DNA of 64,000 nt from an uncultured Methanosarcinaceae archaeon (GTDB taxonomy: Archaea > Halobacteriota > Methanosarcinia > Methanosarcinales > Methanosarcinaceae): assembly GCA_963833425.1 (NCBI GenBank), contig CAWHXP010000003.1:480001-544000 (forward strand). The letters are read 5' to 3'. The position numbers and the translations under genes are program-made. The notes under the pieces are model-generated. The model made no database searches and was not told where the DNA came from. It saw only the letters and a list, made by a program, of their open reading frames with translations. Numbering within the stretch: position 1 is the first letter of the stretch; each line of letters opens with the position of its first letter. This document shows, in pieces, positions 45,030 through 55,558 of the stretch.

Positions 45030-48000
45030 TCACTCAACAAAATAAATCATTTCATTTGGCATGAGGGTTAATTCACTATTTTCGATTCCGGACTGGACAA
45101 GCTTTTCGATCCTTTCCCATGTATTTTTGTGCGTTGTTTTTATTCCGAGGACCCTCGAAGCCTGAACAATAAGATCTTCAAGGGGAGTAGAATACTGGGA
45201 ATTTAAGACAAAGCTGACAGCTTTTTTTATTTCCTCGTCACAAATCCATTCAATTTTTGTAGGCACTTCACCATTGCGCCTGCGCAGTAGGCATACAGGT
45301 TCTGAAGATGGCCAGAAGAATTCGCCTTTAACTCGAATCTTTCCGGAACTCTCTGCAAGTACAACCGAATCTAATATACGCTGTTTGATTTTTCCGAGCA
45401 TACGGGAAATTCCGACATGCCCTTTTATCCGCTGCATCAAAGCCTCTGCATGAATAGGGCCTTCAAATTCTATAATTTTTATAACTGCCTCCGTAAGTTT
45501 TTCATCGGAAAGCTCAAAAAGGTCTCCTGAATGCGGTAGTCCTGAAGAGTAGCAGACCCTGTAAAGAGGGGCAGCAGCTTCGAGAAGTTCGTTCTTCCCC
45601 AAAAGTTTTTTAGCACCTTTCAAGAGTGACGATTCATCCAAATTTTTAACTTTATTTTTGTTTTTTAAGTATAGATCAACTCTGGAATGAGGCTTTGATT
45701 GACTTCTTGACTCAATTACGAATTTAACTTTAGATCCAATTTCAGATTCTAAATTCCACACATTACCATTGCAATTGTTCTCCTCAAAATCTGACTCTGG
45801 GTCAAAATACTCTACTGAGCCGTAAATATAAGCAAATTCATTGAGCCTTTTGTTTTTCTTTTTTTCACAGGTAGCTGAACTGTAATCGATTTCAGGATAA
45901 GCCTGGAAAAAACTTCCTCTTTCAGGCTCAGGTTCAGGTATGATTCCTGACGAATTTTCTTCTTCAGAGCGGAAATTCACATCGAATTTCAAGGATTTTG
46001 ATTTACCTAGTTTCTTTATATTTTTATTACTAATGTTCTCGTCTGCCCGCAAAGCCGTAGAATCTGATCTTAAAGCCATTTCTGGAAAAAAATCCTCTTT
46101 TGAAGAGTCTATTAGTCCCTCTTTTAGTCCAAGAGAGAAGTCTGAATAAGGCCCGTCGTCTTCAGCTTTGGACACAGCTATTGATGTGGATTTATTTTCT
46201 AGGAATCCAAATCGCAAATTTTCATCGGCTTTGTTCTCTACATTATCAATAGATGAAAATATTTCTGCAGGCCAACTCATTAACTTTTGTGCAGAATTTT
46301 TGTGTGCCTGTTTAATCCAGGCAGAAGGCTCGTTTATAGTCATAACTTCTGGTTCGGATTTTGCGTGGAGATTTTCCCGCTTTACAGCTTTTTTTATAGC
46401 TTCAAGTAGTTTCTCTTTACTTTCTTTCGGGTGAAGGTACCAGTCCGTTGACCAAACCCGATAGATTTTCCAGCCTAGCCCTTCAAGCACCTGCTGACGT
46501 AGACGATCACGATCCCGAGCAACACGAAATGAATGATAGCTTGCCCCATCACACTCAATTCCAAGCACGTATCTTCCTGGATGGTATGGATCTGGGATTG
46601 CAAGGTCGAGCCGGTACCCGGCACATCCGATCTTTCTATGGACCTCACAAACGTTTTCTACCAGGAAATCATAAATGATTTCTTCAAAAGTAGATTCGAA
46701 GTCTCCACTGTTGTATGCTGGTGGTGTGAGCCTCCCAGTCTCTGCAAACTCAAGGAATACTTTGAGAGATCGAAGTCCAAAGGATGAGTTTTCATCGAGG
46801 TCCAAATTTCTTGATGTAAAGTTCGCAAAAACAACACACTTTTCTCTTGCCCGAGTGATAAGCACATTTAGACGCCTTTCTCCTCCATCCCTGTTAAGTG
46901 GGCCGAAGTTCATGGAAAATTTTCTGCTGTTATCAAATCCGAACCCCACACTCAATAGAATAACATCTCTCTCATCACCCTGGATGGTTTCAAGATTTTT
47001 CACAAAAAAATGCTCTCCTCTCTCATTTCCTGGAGTCAAATCAAACCCGGGGTTTGCTTTCAGAAGATTCTCAATCTCTTCCTGGATGGCTTCCTGCTGT
47101 TTTACATTAAAGGTTCCGACTCCGAGGCTTTTATCTGGGTACTTGCTAAAGTGTTCGAAAACTGCCTTTGCAACAACCCTTGCTTCTATCCTGTTGACTC
47201 CACTTTTTCCCCTATCATAGACCGCATCCTTGAGATGCACAAATTTCAACCCAAGGCGCTCATCTTTCTGCATGGGGGAAGGGTAAACATAAAGTCGATT
47301 GCTGTAGAATTCCTGGTTTGAAACAGCAATTAGAGACTCGTGTCTACTTCTATAGTGCCAGCGAAGGGTCTTTATTCGGAAACTACGCTTGCAAACATTC
47401 AGAATACTTTCAAGATCTCCTGATGCAGCGTAATCTTCAGGATCCCTTTCCGGAGATTCAAAAACAGAATCAAAAAATTCAGTAGGTGGGAGTTGTTTTG
47501 AATCTCCCATTACTACAACCTGCTTTCCGCGCAGTAGAGCTCCTACCGCGTCTTCTGGCTTGACTTGGCTGGCTTCGTCAAAAATGATCACATCAAAGTG
47601 GGTGCTTCTCGGATCAAGATACTGACCAATTGAAAGCGGACTCATCATAAAACAGGGCTTAATTTTCTGCACTAAACCACCTGCTTTTTTCATGAGTGTG
47701 CGGATAGGCATATGACCACGTTTCCTATTAAATTCATTGAGCAGAATTCCGGCTTCTGAAGCTCTTGATGCTCCATAAGTTAACTTTGGAGCTTCGTCAT
47801 AAACAGAATATGTAATTCTTTTTCTATTTCCCAGGAGGACCTTTTTGTCAAGCTCTATGAATTTATTTATCTTGCTTTCATGCAGCTCCCTAATAAAAGT
47901 AGAAAGTGCCTGCCTTTTCTTAAAGGTACGGTGAAGGAGATTCTCGGCATAGTTACCTTCGAAAGCGGGGATCATATCACAAACTTCTATTTTTCCGGTT

Positions 48001-50486
48001 TCGATATCATCCAACATAGGGGCTGCTTTTGTTTTCATGCAGACTTTCTTGTATTCAAGGTACTGACTCCAGAATACCAAGGATGATGTTTCTGTTTCCC
48101 ACATAGTTAAACGGGATTTTAACTGATTGAGCTTTGAGGCTTCTAGATCTTTTCCGAACATTTTTCTGAAATCTGCACCTACAAGGATGCCAATTTTTTC
48201 AATTAACCTTAAAAAAGATTTTTTTGCTTCCATAACCCCTTTTATTTCGGATTCAAGAGCAACTCTGTCAACCCCATTTTCTACAAGCCCGTAAATTTTG
48301 TCAGTGAAAACGCCTTCAGTTATATTTTTTCTGAAGGAAATAATCCACCTTAGATACTCATCCAGAATAGTAGGATCACTTTCAAGACCTTTCCAGTGTT
48401 CTGAAAAATATCGTTCACCATTTACCCCAATACTTTCCAGCTCCAGCATGCAGGATCTATATCTAGAAAGGTGAGCAAGATCAAGAAGAATTTTATCGTT
48501 TTGAGAGGGCACACCTGAAATGTAGCAGAAAGAAATTTCTGTTTTGAGTTTTCGGTAACTAGGATTTATGACCTTTAAGAATTTGCGGGATAATTCCTCG
48601 AATCCTGAGGTATCAAGGTCGAAAATTGAAGGATAAAATGTATTGTCTACAAAAATTTTCAGCTCTCTGTACTGCCTTAGCCTCGCAATTAAAGTCTCAG
48701 CGATAACTCTTGAGGACTCAGAGTCCCACTCTAGATTCTGTAGCATTTTTTCAGGCCAGGTTTTTGAGCTTTCGAGAAGTTTTGCGGCATCAATTATTGT
48801 TGTAATTTCTTCAAGGGTATGGGGCTTTGAGGTTGCAGAAAAGTCGTTGAGAGTTTTTATAGATGCTTCTAAGTATCCAAGAGAATTAGTGCATTCACTT
48901 ATGAGAGATCCGATATCCAAAATATCTGAAGGAAGTACAAGTCCGGATTCACAGCCATACCAGGGATTTTTCTTTGGTGTCCCGAGGCAAGGGAGTACTT
49001 GACCCAATTTTTCTAATATAGACTTTGCTTCTGCCCAATCTTCAGGTTCCCAATTTTCAGGATCTTGAAATTCGTAACGGGGCATTTTCAAACCTTTTGT
49101 CTCAAAATAAGCCTTTGTCTTTTCCCTTATCCCGTAGAGTGTATAAAAGCTTGGATAGAGCTTTCCTGCAGGTTCTTCGAGAGACATGGCATACTCATTA
49201 AGTTCTTTTTTCATTTTTTCGAGTTCTTTGATGTCTTTTTCAGGACTTGTGAATGCTGGAGATATGCGGTTCATACTTTTTTCCAGCTCTTCAAGAACTA
49301 CCTTTTTTCGTGTTTTGTTGCTGTGGATATCCAGACAGAGTTCTCCCAACCCTGCAGAATCCAGTCGACTTTTTACAACATGAAGAGCAGCCATCTTTTC
49401 ACTCACGAAAAGTATGCTTTTTCCATGGCCCATCAATTCTGCAATTGTATTTGCAATTGTTTGGGACTTTCCGGTTCCCGGAGGTCCCTCAACGACAAGA
49501 TTTTTTCCCGCTTTTACATCCTCGATGACCGCAATCTGCGAGGAGTCAGCATCCATTATATGGTAAGTATCTTTTGCTGATAGCTTCATATCAACATCTT
49601 GTTCTAGGAAACCAGAAACTTCACATTCGGGATCTTGCGGGTTAAAAATTTTCTGGATAAGAGGATGCTCTGCAGGCGATATGCCCTCTGGCCAGGTTAC
49701 AGGGTCAAGGTCCTTGTACATAACAAACTTTTTAAAGTTGAAGAGGTCAAGGCAAATTCCAGGCAGAACTTTCCAGTCTTTTCTTTCGCAGATTGTTGTA
49801 GATACGGCATTGAAATATTTTTTAATTCCTATTGCTTCCTCTGGCATCTCAAAATCCGGAATCTGGATTCCAAATTCTTTCATTTTTGCCTGTAGGGTAA
49901 TTGAAGTGAGGATTTCGTCTCCTGTCCATTGGATACTGAAGTTTCGGCCCTTTCCTATTCTTTTGAGTTCAATAGGAATCAAGATGATAGGGGCAGTTAG
50001 ATATTTTATGCTCGACTTGCTATCATTCCATTGCAGGAAGTTTATCGCAAGGTAAAGCACAGGGTATCCCTGTTCCTCAAAGATGGAATTCGATTGGTTA
50101 AAGACATAAAAAAGTTTCCGACCTAGAGTTTCGCTATCATCGGGGGTTTCCAGAAAATGTTCGGAACAGGAATTTTTGGATTTATTTTTTTCTCCAGAAT
50201 CAAGAATTTTCCCTATTGTTCTCAAAAGCGTGCTGTCATTTTCGTAGATATCTCTTTCTATGTCCTCTCCGTTTTCAATTTTATTTATTTTTTTAGATCT
50301 AACTTTCGACTTAAATTTCATTAATTTTTCATGGAGAACTAATAGCTCATAAATTTCCTCGGGGTTTCTACCTGCAATTGAGATGGTCCTTTTTCGGGAA
50401 AATCGGTAATTTAGAAGGTTATTTCGTAGGGACAGATCAAGTAAATTTTGCCTTAAAGTTTCCAGTTCCTTAACTACCTCTACCAT
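45030..50486 (-). CDS. DUF4011 - SF1 (Upf1-like) helicase - Vsr-like nuclease - DUF3320 protein (Hhe-like defence candidate)
   Basis: LLDLSLRNNLLN; GPPGTGKSQTI; FDEASQ; GDSKQLPP; HYRSRHESLI; ETIQGDERD; RRLNVLITRAR; GIECDGASYHS..RDRDRLRQQVLEGLGW. Confidence 0.88.
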   Translation of the reverse strand: MVEVVKELETLRQNLLDLSLRNNLLNYRFSRKRTISIAGRNPEEIYELLVLHEKLMKFKSKVRSKKINKIENGEDIERDIYENDSTLLRTIGKILDSGEKNKSKNSCSEHFLETPDDSETLGRKLFYVFNQSNSIFEEQGYPVLYLAINFLQWNDSKSSIKYLTAPIILIPIELKRIGKGRNFSIQWTGDEILTSITLQAKMKEFGIQIPDFEMPEEAIGIKKYFNAVSTTICERKDWKVLPGICLDLFNFKKFVMYKDLDPVTWPEGISPAEHPLIQKIFNPQDPECEVSGFLEQDVDMKLSAKDTYHIMDADSSQIAVIEDVKAGKNLVVEGPPGTGKSQTIANTIAELMGHGKSILFVSEKMAALHVVKSRLDSAGLGELCLDIHSNKTRKKVVLEELEKSMNRISPAFTSPEKDIKELEKMKKELNEYAMSLEEPAGKLYPSFYTLYGIREKTKAYFETKGLKMPRYEFQDPENWEPEDWAEAKSILEKLGQVLPCLGTPKKNPWYGCESGLVLPSDILDIGSLISECTNSLGYLEASIKTLNDFSATSKPHTLEEITTIIDAAKLLESSKTWPEKMLQNLEWDSESSRVIAETLIARLRQYRELKIFVDNTFYPSIFDLDTSGFEELSRKFLKVINPSYRKLKTEISFCYISGVPSQNDKILLDLAHLSRYRSCMLELESIGVNGERYFSEHWKGLESDPTILDEYLRWIISFRKNITEGVFTDKIYGLVENGVDRVALESEIKGVMEAKKSFLRLIEKIGILVGADFRKMFGKDLEASKLNQLKSRLTMWETETSSLVFWSQYLEYKKVCMKTKAAPMLDDIETGKIEVCDMIPAFEGNYAENLLHRTFKKRQALSTFIRELHESKINKFIELDKKVLLGNRKRITYSVYDEAPKLTYGASRASEAGILLNEFNRKRGHMPIRTLMKKAGGLVQKIKPCFMMSPLSIGQYLDPRSTHFDVIIFDEASQVKPEDAVGALLRGKQVVVMGDSKQLPPTEFFDSVFESPERDPEDYAASGDLESILNVCKRSFRIKTLRWHYRSRHESLIAVSNQEFYSNRLYVYPSPMQKDERLGLKFVHLKDAVYDRGKSGVNRIEARVVAKAVFEHFSKYPDKSLGVGTFNVKQQEAIQEEIENLLKANPGFDLTPGNERGEHFFVKNLETIQGDERDVILLSVGFGFDNSRKFSMNFGPLNRDGGERRLNVLITRAREKCVVFANFTSRNLDLDENSSFGLRSLKVFLEFAETGRLTPPAYNSGDFESTFEEIIYDFLVENVCEVHRKIGCAGYRLDLAIPDPYHPGRYVLGIECDGASYHSFRVARDRDRLRQQVLEGLGWKIYRVWSTDWYLHPKESKEKLLEAIKKAVKRENLHAKSEPEVMTINEPSAWIKQAHKNSAQKLMSWPAEIFSSIDNVENKADENLRFGFLENKSTSIAVSKAEDDGPYSDFSLGLKEGLIDSSKEDFFPEMALRSDSTALRADENISNKNIKKLGKSKSLKFDVNFRSEEENSSGIIPEPEPERGSFFQAYPEIDYSSATCEKKKNKRLNEFAYIYGSVEYFDPESDFEENNCNGNVWNLESEIGSKVKFVIESRSQSKPHSRVDLYLKNKNKVKNLDESSLLKGAKKLLGKNELLEAAAPLYRVCYSSGLPHSGDLFELSDEKLTEAVIKIIEFEGPIHAEALMQRIKGHVGISRMLGKIKQRILDSVVLAESSGKIRVKGEFFWPSSEPVCLLRRRNGEVPTKIEWICDEEIKKAVSFVLNSQYSTPLEDLIVQASRVLGIKTTHKNTWERIEKLVQSGIENSELTLMPNEMIYFVE

Positions 50487-50733
50487 AAAATCCCAGGCCT
50501 GTTAAAACGACTATGAAAGTATATATTAAAAATATTTATATGTGAAAATTATTAATAAACTTCATCATGTTTTATTGAGAACAAAGCCCAAAATGGCTTA
50601 TATATACAGTTATAAAGAATTCAATCATTAGTAAATGAAATCATACATTTCAGAATAATTGATTAGTTAAATGATCCTCTTATTTATGAGAATTATTTAT
50701 TTCCTATTAGAGGTTTTCTCTGATATTATGTTT

Positions 50734-51010
50734 GATTTTAATAAATCCCTTCATTTTGTCAATGTGTATAAACTTTACATTAATGACTCGTGAAAATCAG
50801 ATGTTTCTCGAAATCCCCGATGCTTTCAATTTTGGCAATTAGAGTGTTAATCCAGTACATAATATTTATTTTTCTGATGTTTGGGCTATAAAGCTATGAC
50901 ATTAGAATCTCCCCTCGTCCTTCTCTAGAGGGTCTCTATAAACATCTGATTTTAATGAGTCATTAATGTAAAATTTATACACATTGACAAAATGAAGGGA
51001 TTTATTAAAT
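50734..51010. repeat. Two MITE copies in inverted orientation (50734-50817 and 50928-51010)
   Basis: AATAAATCCCTTCATTTTGTCAATGTGTATAAA...AAATCAGATGTTT versus its near-perfect reverse complement ~110 bp later. Confidence 0.85.
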
Positions 51011-51229
51011 CTTCTTTATTTATTATTAAACCCGTTCTCATTACTGCAATTTTTCTTTTGTATTATTCAGTTTAAAGTTCTCAAAACTTAGGTATTGGTA
51101 CATAATGTATAATTGAATGTTCTTTGCACATGTTTAACAGCCAGCTAATATATATTCACAGAGCCCAATTTTGGGTAGCTACCCCCTGTAATTATGCTAC
51201 AAAGTTGATTATACAAAATGTAAAACTTT

Positions 51230-51828
51230 TAAATTTTGTTATCTAGATTCGTTCTCTACTTCCCTTTATTTTTGCATCATTTCCTCTAGGTTTATCCAAT
51301 TTTGCATGTCCAGAATCTGAATGTATAAAGTGGCGTACTGAATTATTTCCTTTTTAATTTTCAAACCAAGAAAATAAAGCCAACTTCCAAACTCTCTACA
51401 TAATTCTTCTTTGTTGCATTTATAGCTATTTCTTTTTCTGGATTATCAGTCTATGGTACTGTTTGATATGTTCTCAGGAAAATTACAAAATTTTTTAAAT
51501 GAAATTAGGTCAATACATTGTTTAGTGAGTTCAAAATTTGATAGAGCATTCCATCGTTTTAAGACAAGCATTTTAAAAATAATTATTATTTCAGGTTCAG
51601 ATCTGCATCATCAAACTGTTTTGTTAAAATATATTAACTCTTAAATTATACGAAAAGATTTCAAATCAATTAAAGGAACCAATTTCAGCAAGTTTGTCTC
51701 CAGCTGATCGAAAAAAATTACATATTCTTTTAAAAGCAAATTAGAAGAGTTATAATAAATAAAAATTAATTTTAAGAGATTTAAACTATCTAATACTCAA
51801 ATGATAGGAGTTCATCAAAATTATCTAT
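51230..51828 (-). pseudogene. Highly degraded IS5-family transposase 5' half with left TIR
   Basis: AGDKLAEI, YFNKTV, KMLVLKRWNALSNFELTKQCIDLISFKKF, HSDSGHAK fragments; TIR AGATAATTTTGATGAACT. Confidence 0.75.
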
Positions 51829-52048
51829 GATTTTATTACATATTTATCCACTATTTTTCATCGAAAATTAGATTAATTTTTAAGCACTTTCAGATTGGGA
51901 AAATAGATCGCATAATTGTCTACTATGCGTAAAATAGGATATAGTTCCATTTTACGTTTTATTTAACTTTGTGTAAATTAGGAACTGAAATTAATCTGGG
52001 CCTTTACATAAAAAGCTAATCAAACCAACGCATTAAAAAAAGAGTAGC

Positions 52049-53236
52049 TTAAGTTGTATATTCAGCATTGATTCGAACATAGTCATAGCTCAGATCACAG
52101 CCCCAGGCAATCGCATTCTCCTTTCCAGCATTAAGGTTAAGAGTAATGACGATCTCATCATTTCCCATTATTTTCTTCAGAAGTGTTTGGTCAGAAGGCT
52201 CGAAAACCTCGCCAAATTTGACAAGCTCGATCTCTTCGTCTCCTCCTGAGAAAGAAAGAGAGATCCTCTCCTGCTCAAGTTCAGCACCTGAGTAACCAGC
52301 AGCGGCTATAACCCTGCCCCAGTTAGGATCTTTTCCAAAAACTGCAGACTTGACTAGAGGCGAACGAACAATTGCTTTTGCAGCAAGCCTGGCATCTTCA
52401 TACTTTTTCGCTCCCATAACTCTAGCTTCGATAAGTTTCGTGGCGCCCTCTCCGTCCATAGCTATCTGTTTTGCGATATCCGTAAATAAATAAATTAGAC
52501 TTTCCTGAAAATCATCGAGGCAACCCATGGAAGGCTTGATCCCTGACTCACAGGTAGAAGTAAAAAGTACCATATCATTGGTGCTTGTATCCCCGTCTAC
52601 CACAACCATATTGAAAGTTTTTTGTACAGCTATTTTGAGAGCCGCATCTAGAACATCTGCAGGCACTTTTGCATCTGTATAAGCAAAACACAGCATGGTT
52701 CCCATATTTGGCTCGATCATTCCTGAACCTTTAGCAATTGCAGCTATTCTTATTCCACAGTCGAGCTCAACAGCTGACTCTTTTATAGATTTATCAGTTG
52801 TCATGATTGCCTTTGCAGCTGCTTGACTGCATTCAGGAGAATTGCCAAGTCCTTTAATTACTTTTTGAAGATGCTCCCTGATCTCGGAGACGTCAAGCCT
52901 TCGGCCAATTATTCCTGTTGAGGCCACAGCAACTGTATCAACATCAATGTCAAGCTTTTCAGCAAGCATTAATGCCATTTCCATGGAATCAAGAAAGCCT
53001 TCGTCACCTGTAAAGGCATTTGCGTTGCCACTATTTGCAATAACAGCCGAAAGCCAATGCTTAGTATCAATTACTCCTCTACTCAGAATAACTGGGGCTG
53101 CAACAACTTTATTTTTTGTAAAGACACCCGCTGCAGGTCCTTCCGCAAGGATAACCATAATTCCAGTTTTCCCAACTTTGATCCCGTTTGCAGATACTCC
53201 CCTTACAGCGCATATTCCACCTTCTATTTGCTTCAT
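52049..53236 (-). CDS. argJ: Ornithine acetyltransferase / N-acetylglutamate synthase
   Basis: NSGNANA, STGIIG, IMTTD, KGSGMIEPNMGTML, DGDTSTND, DGEGATK, DPNWGR, INAEYTT. Confidence 0.96.
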   Translation of the reverse strand: MKQIEGGICAVRGVSANGIKVGKTGIMVILAEGPAAGVFTKNKVVAAPVILSRGVIDTKHWLSAVIANSGNANAFTGDEGFLDSMEMALMLAEKLDIDVDTVAVASTGIIGRRLDVSEIREHLQKVIKGLGNSPECSQAAAKAIMTTDKSIKESAVELDCGIRIAAIAKGSGMIEPNMGTMLCFAYTDAKVPADVLDAALKIAVQKTFNMVVVDGDTSTNDMVLFTSTCESGIKPSMGCLDDFQESLIYLFTDIAKQIAMDGEGATKLIEARVMGAKKYEDARLAAKAIVRSPLVKSAVFGKDPNWGRVIAAAGYSGAELEQERISLSFSGGDEEIELVKFGEVFEPSDQTLLKKIMGNDEIVITLNLNAGKENAIAWGCDLSYDYVRINAEYTT

Positions 53237-53255
53237 GAAAGATTCTCCCTATCTA

Positions 53256-53720
53256 TCAGAGTTTTGCAAGACCTTCGATGATATCGCCTCGAGTAACGAT
53301 TCCTACCAAGTGTTTGTTCTCGGTTATAGGCAACCTGTTAATTTTGTGCCTGACCATATGTTCGGAAGCTTCTTCCACTGATGCCTCGGGAGAAATCGTG
53401 TGCACATTCTTAGTCATGATCTCTTCTATCCTTATGGAACCAACATCTGAAAGCATCTTTTTTGTATCATCCCAACTGAGAAGTTCCCTGATAGGAACCT
53501 CTATAACCTCAAAAGGACTTGGAAGCCATAGCTCTCCTTTTTCTGGGATTATCAGCAGTTTAAGTAGGTCGCCTTCACTTATGATTCCTACAAGCTCATC
53601 GCTTTCGAGGACAGGGACTCCACTTATATTGTTTTCTCTCAAGATTTTTGCAGTTTCCCGGACTGTATTGTCAGGCTTACAGAAGACAACGTTAGGATTC
53701 ATGATATCTTTTACCTTCAT
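53256..53720 (-). CDS. Tandem CBS-domain protein in the argC-argJ cluster
   Basis: VKDIM, ISGVPV, VGIISEGDL, INRLPI, VGIVTRGDI. Confidence 0.9.
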   Translation of the reverse strand: MKVKDIMNPNVVFCKPDNTVRETAKILRENNISGVPVLESDELVGIISEGDLLKLLIIPEKGELWLPSPFEVIEVPIRELLSWDDTKKMLSDVGSIRIEEIMTKNVHTISPEASVEEASEHMVRHKINRLPITENKHLVGIVTRGDIIEGLAKL

Positions 53721-53917
53721 CTAAATACCTCTTGAGACAAATTCTATTCCTTACTTTAGTTAGTTACCAGTTATATGTTCTCGCTTGCCTTTCAGCTTGT
53801 AGGTTTCTTATCTGACTAGTATCTGAAAAATGAGATTATGAATTTTCAGATAAATGAGTTAGTCAGTGGTCAAATCTAACAGAAAAGAACACTCCTAAGT
53901 TTTTGCGTAATTAAAAC

Positions 53918-54005
53918 GAATTTTGATGAATTCTGATTTTTCACGAGTCATACATATACCACTTATAAGTGCATGAGAAATTCTAGTGGCTTATAAAATT
54001 TCTCT
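53918..54005 (+). mobile_element. ~90 bp MITE, IS5-type TIR family, between argC and the CBS gene
   Basis: GAATTTTGATGAATTCTGATTTTTCACGAGTCA...TTATAAAATTTCTCT. Confidence 0.6.
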
Positions 54006-54067
54006 TAAAAGATTCTTTTGCTCACAATTTTTTATAACTTGCCCCTTAACCAGTTTTGGATCAAGTG

Positions 54068-55081
54068 TTATGGAGCTGCTGCAGGCAGCCAGAGTCCACG
54101 CGTTTCGTCCAGCCCGAACATTAGATTCATGTTCTGGATCGCTTGTCCTGATGCACCTTTGACCAAGTTATCGATTGCTGATAACACTATAACCCTGTTG
54201 TTCTCCTTATCAACTTCAAAGCCTATATCACAAAAGTTAGAACCCCGTACTGCGGTAAGGGAGGGAACTCTAGAAGGGAACCTAATAAAAGGCTTATCCC
54301 TATAAAATTCTCCGTAAATCGACTTTAAGTCTTCTGTTGAGAGAAGCTTATTTGTGAAGAAATGAGCAGTTGTAAAAATGCCCCTAGTAGAAGGAATAAC
54401 ATGTGGAGTAAAATTGATATTTAGAAGTTTTTTGTCCAGCCTGTTTAGTTCCTGAAGTATTTCAGCCCTGTGTCTGTGGTTTGTGAGCTTATAAGCAGTG
54501 ATATTTTCCGCAAGGTTCGGGTAATGGGAAGTCTCTGTCGGTGAGATTCCAGCTCCTGAAATTCCTGTTTTGGAATCAAAGACTGCAATATCAATGAGCT
54601 CTGCTGCAGCTAGTGGAGCTGCAGCAAGTATTGCCCCTGTAGGGAAACACCCGGGATTTGCAACAAGATCTTCTTCTGCAGCTTCAGCGTGAAGCTCTAC
54701 AAGCCCATATACTGCTTTCCTCGGATCACTATGTGTAGTCTCGTATATTTTTTCAAAGACTGAAGTTTCAAGTCTGTAGTCCGCGCTAAGATCAACAATC
54801 TTTGTGTCACCATCAAGTAGCTCCGGGACATAGCCCATTGCAGATCCGTGCGGTACCGCTAAAAAAACAATGTCACAGCGTTCCCTTATATTTGCCGAAT
54901 TGGGATTTTCATAAATGAGGTCCAGAAAACCTTCAAGATGTCTGTGAATGCTTGTTATGGGTTTCCCTTCAAAAATTCTAGAAGTTGCCAGCTCTATCTT
55001 AACATTGGGGTGATTCACAAGCAAGCGCAGGAGTTCTCCTCCTGTATATCCTGACGCTCCTATTATTCCAGCCTTGATCAT
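54068..55081 (-). CDS. argC: N-acetyl-gamma-glutamyl-phosphate reductase
   Basis: GASGYTGGEL, DLSADYR, ANPGCFPT, SGAG, HRH.AEI, DNLVKGASGQA. Confidence 0.96.
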   Translation of the reverse strand: MIKAGIIGASGYTGGELLRLLVNHPNVKIELATSRIFEGKPITSIHRHLEGFLDLIYENPNSANIRERCDIVFLAVPHGSAMGYVPELLDGDTKIVDLSADYRLETSVFEKIYETTHSDPRKAVYGLVELHAEAAEEDLVANPGCFPTGAILAAAPLAAAELIDIAVFDSKTGISGAGISPTETSHYPNLAENITAYKLTNHRHRAEILQELNRLDKKLLNINFTPHVIPSTRGIFTTAHFFTNKLLSTEDLKSIYGEFYRDKPFIRFPSRVPSLTAVRGSNFCDIGFEVDKENNRVIVLSAIDNLVKGASGQAIQNMNLMFGLDETRGLWLPAAAP

Positions 55082-55434
55082 AAATATTCACTACCTGTAT
55101 AATATCAATACAATATAATTAAACTTGGTATCTAAAAATAAATATGAAATTACTCGAATATAAAGCTCAAATAAACAAAAGTACTATATCTTTTCATTTT
55201 TTTTAACATTTAAATCATCGTTATTTTGGGAAGAAAGTTTGCCCAAATTTAGATCTTATGTTCGGCTTCATCGCAAACTTGTACAAAAAGAACAAATTTA
55301 AAAATGAAGTCCGTGTATTCCTTCTGCTTAAATGTTTCAGATAAATGAAGTCTTGATAGATATTCTTGACAAAAATGGTGTATCAATCGATCAGGAATTT
55401 CATTAATTTATATTGTTCCTATTTTTTTACATAA

Positions 55435-55465
55435 ATGCATAAGTTTTGCTATAAAATCTATGCAT
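55435..55465. repeat. REP-like palindrome family (also 58426-58459, 60972-61002, 63641-63672)
   Basis: Consensus ATGCATAGrTTTT-GCTAT-AAAAyCTATGCAT seen four times, in both orientations. Confidence 0.75.
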
Positions 55466-55558
55466 CCATAAAAACGAAAAATCCTATTTATCTGTGGCAA
55501 AGAAAAAAGTATAGATTTGATCTGTAAATTTATACAGTTTTTGATCACTGATCTCTGA

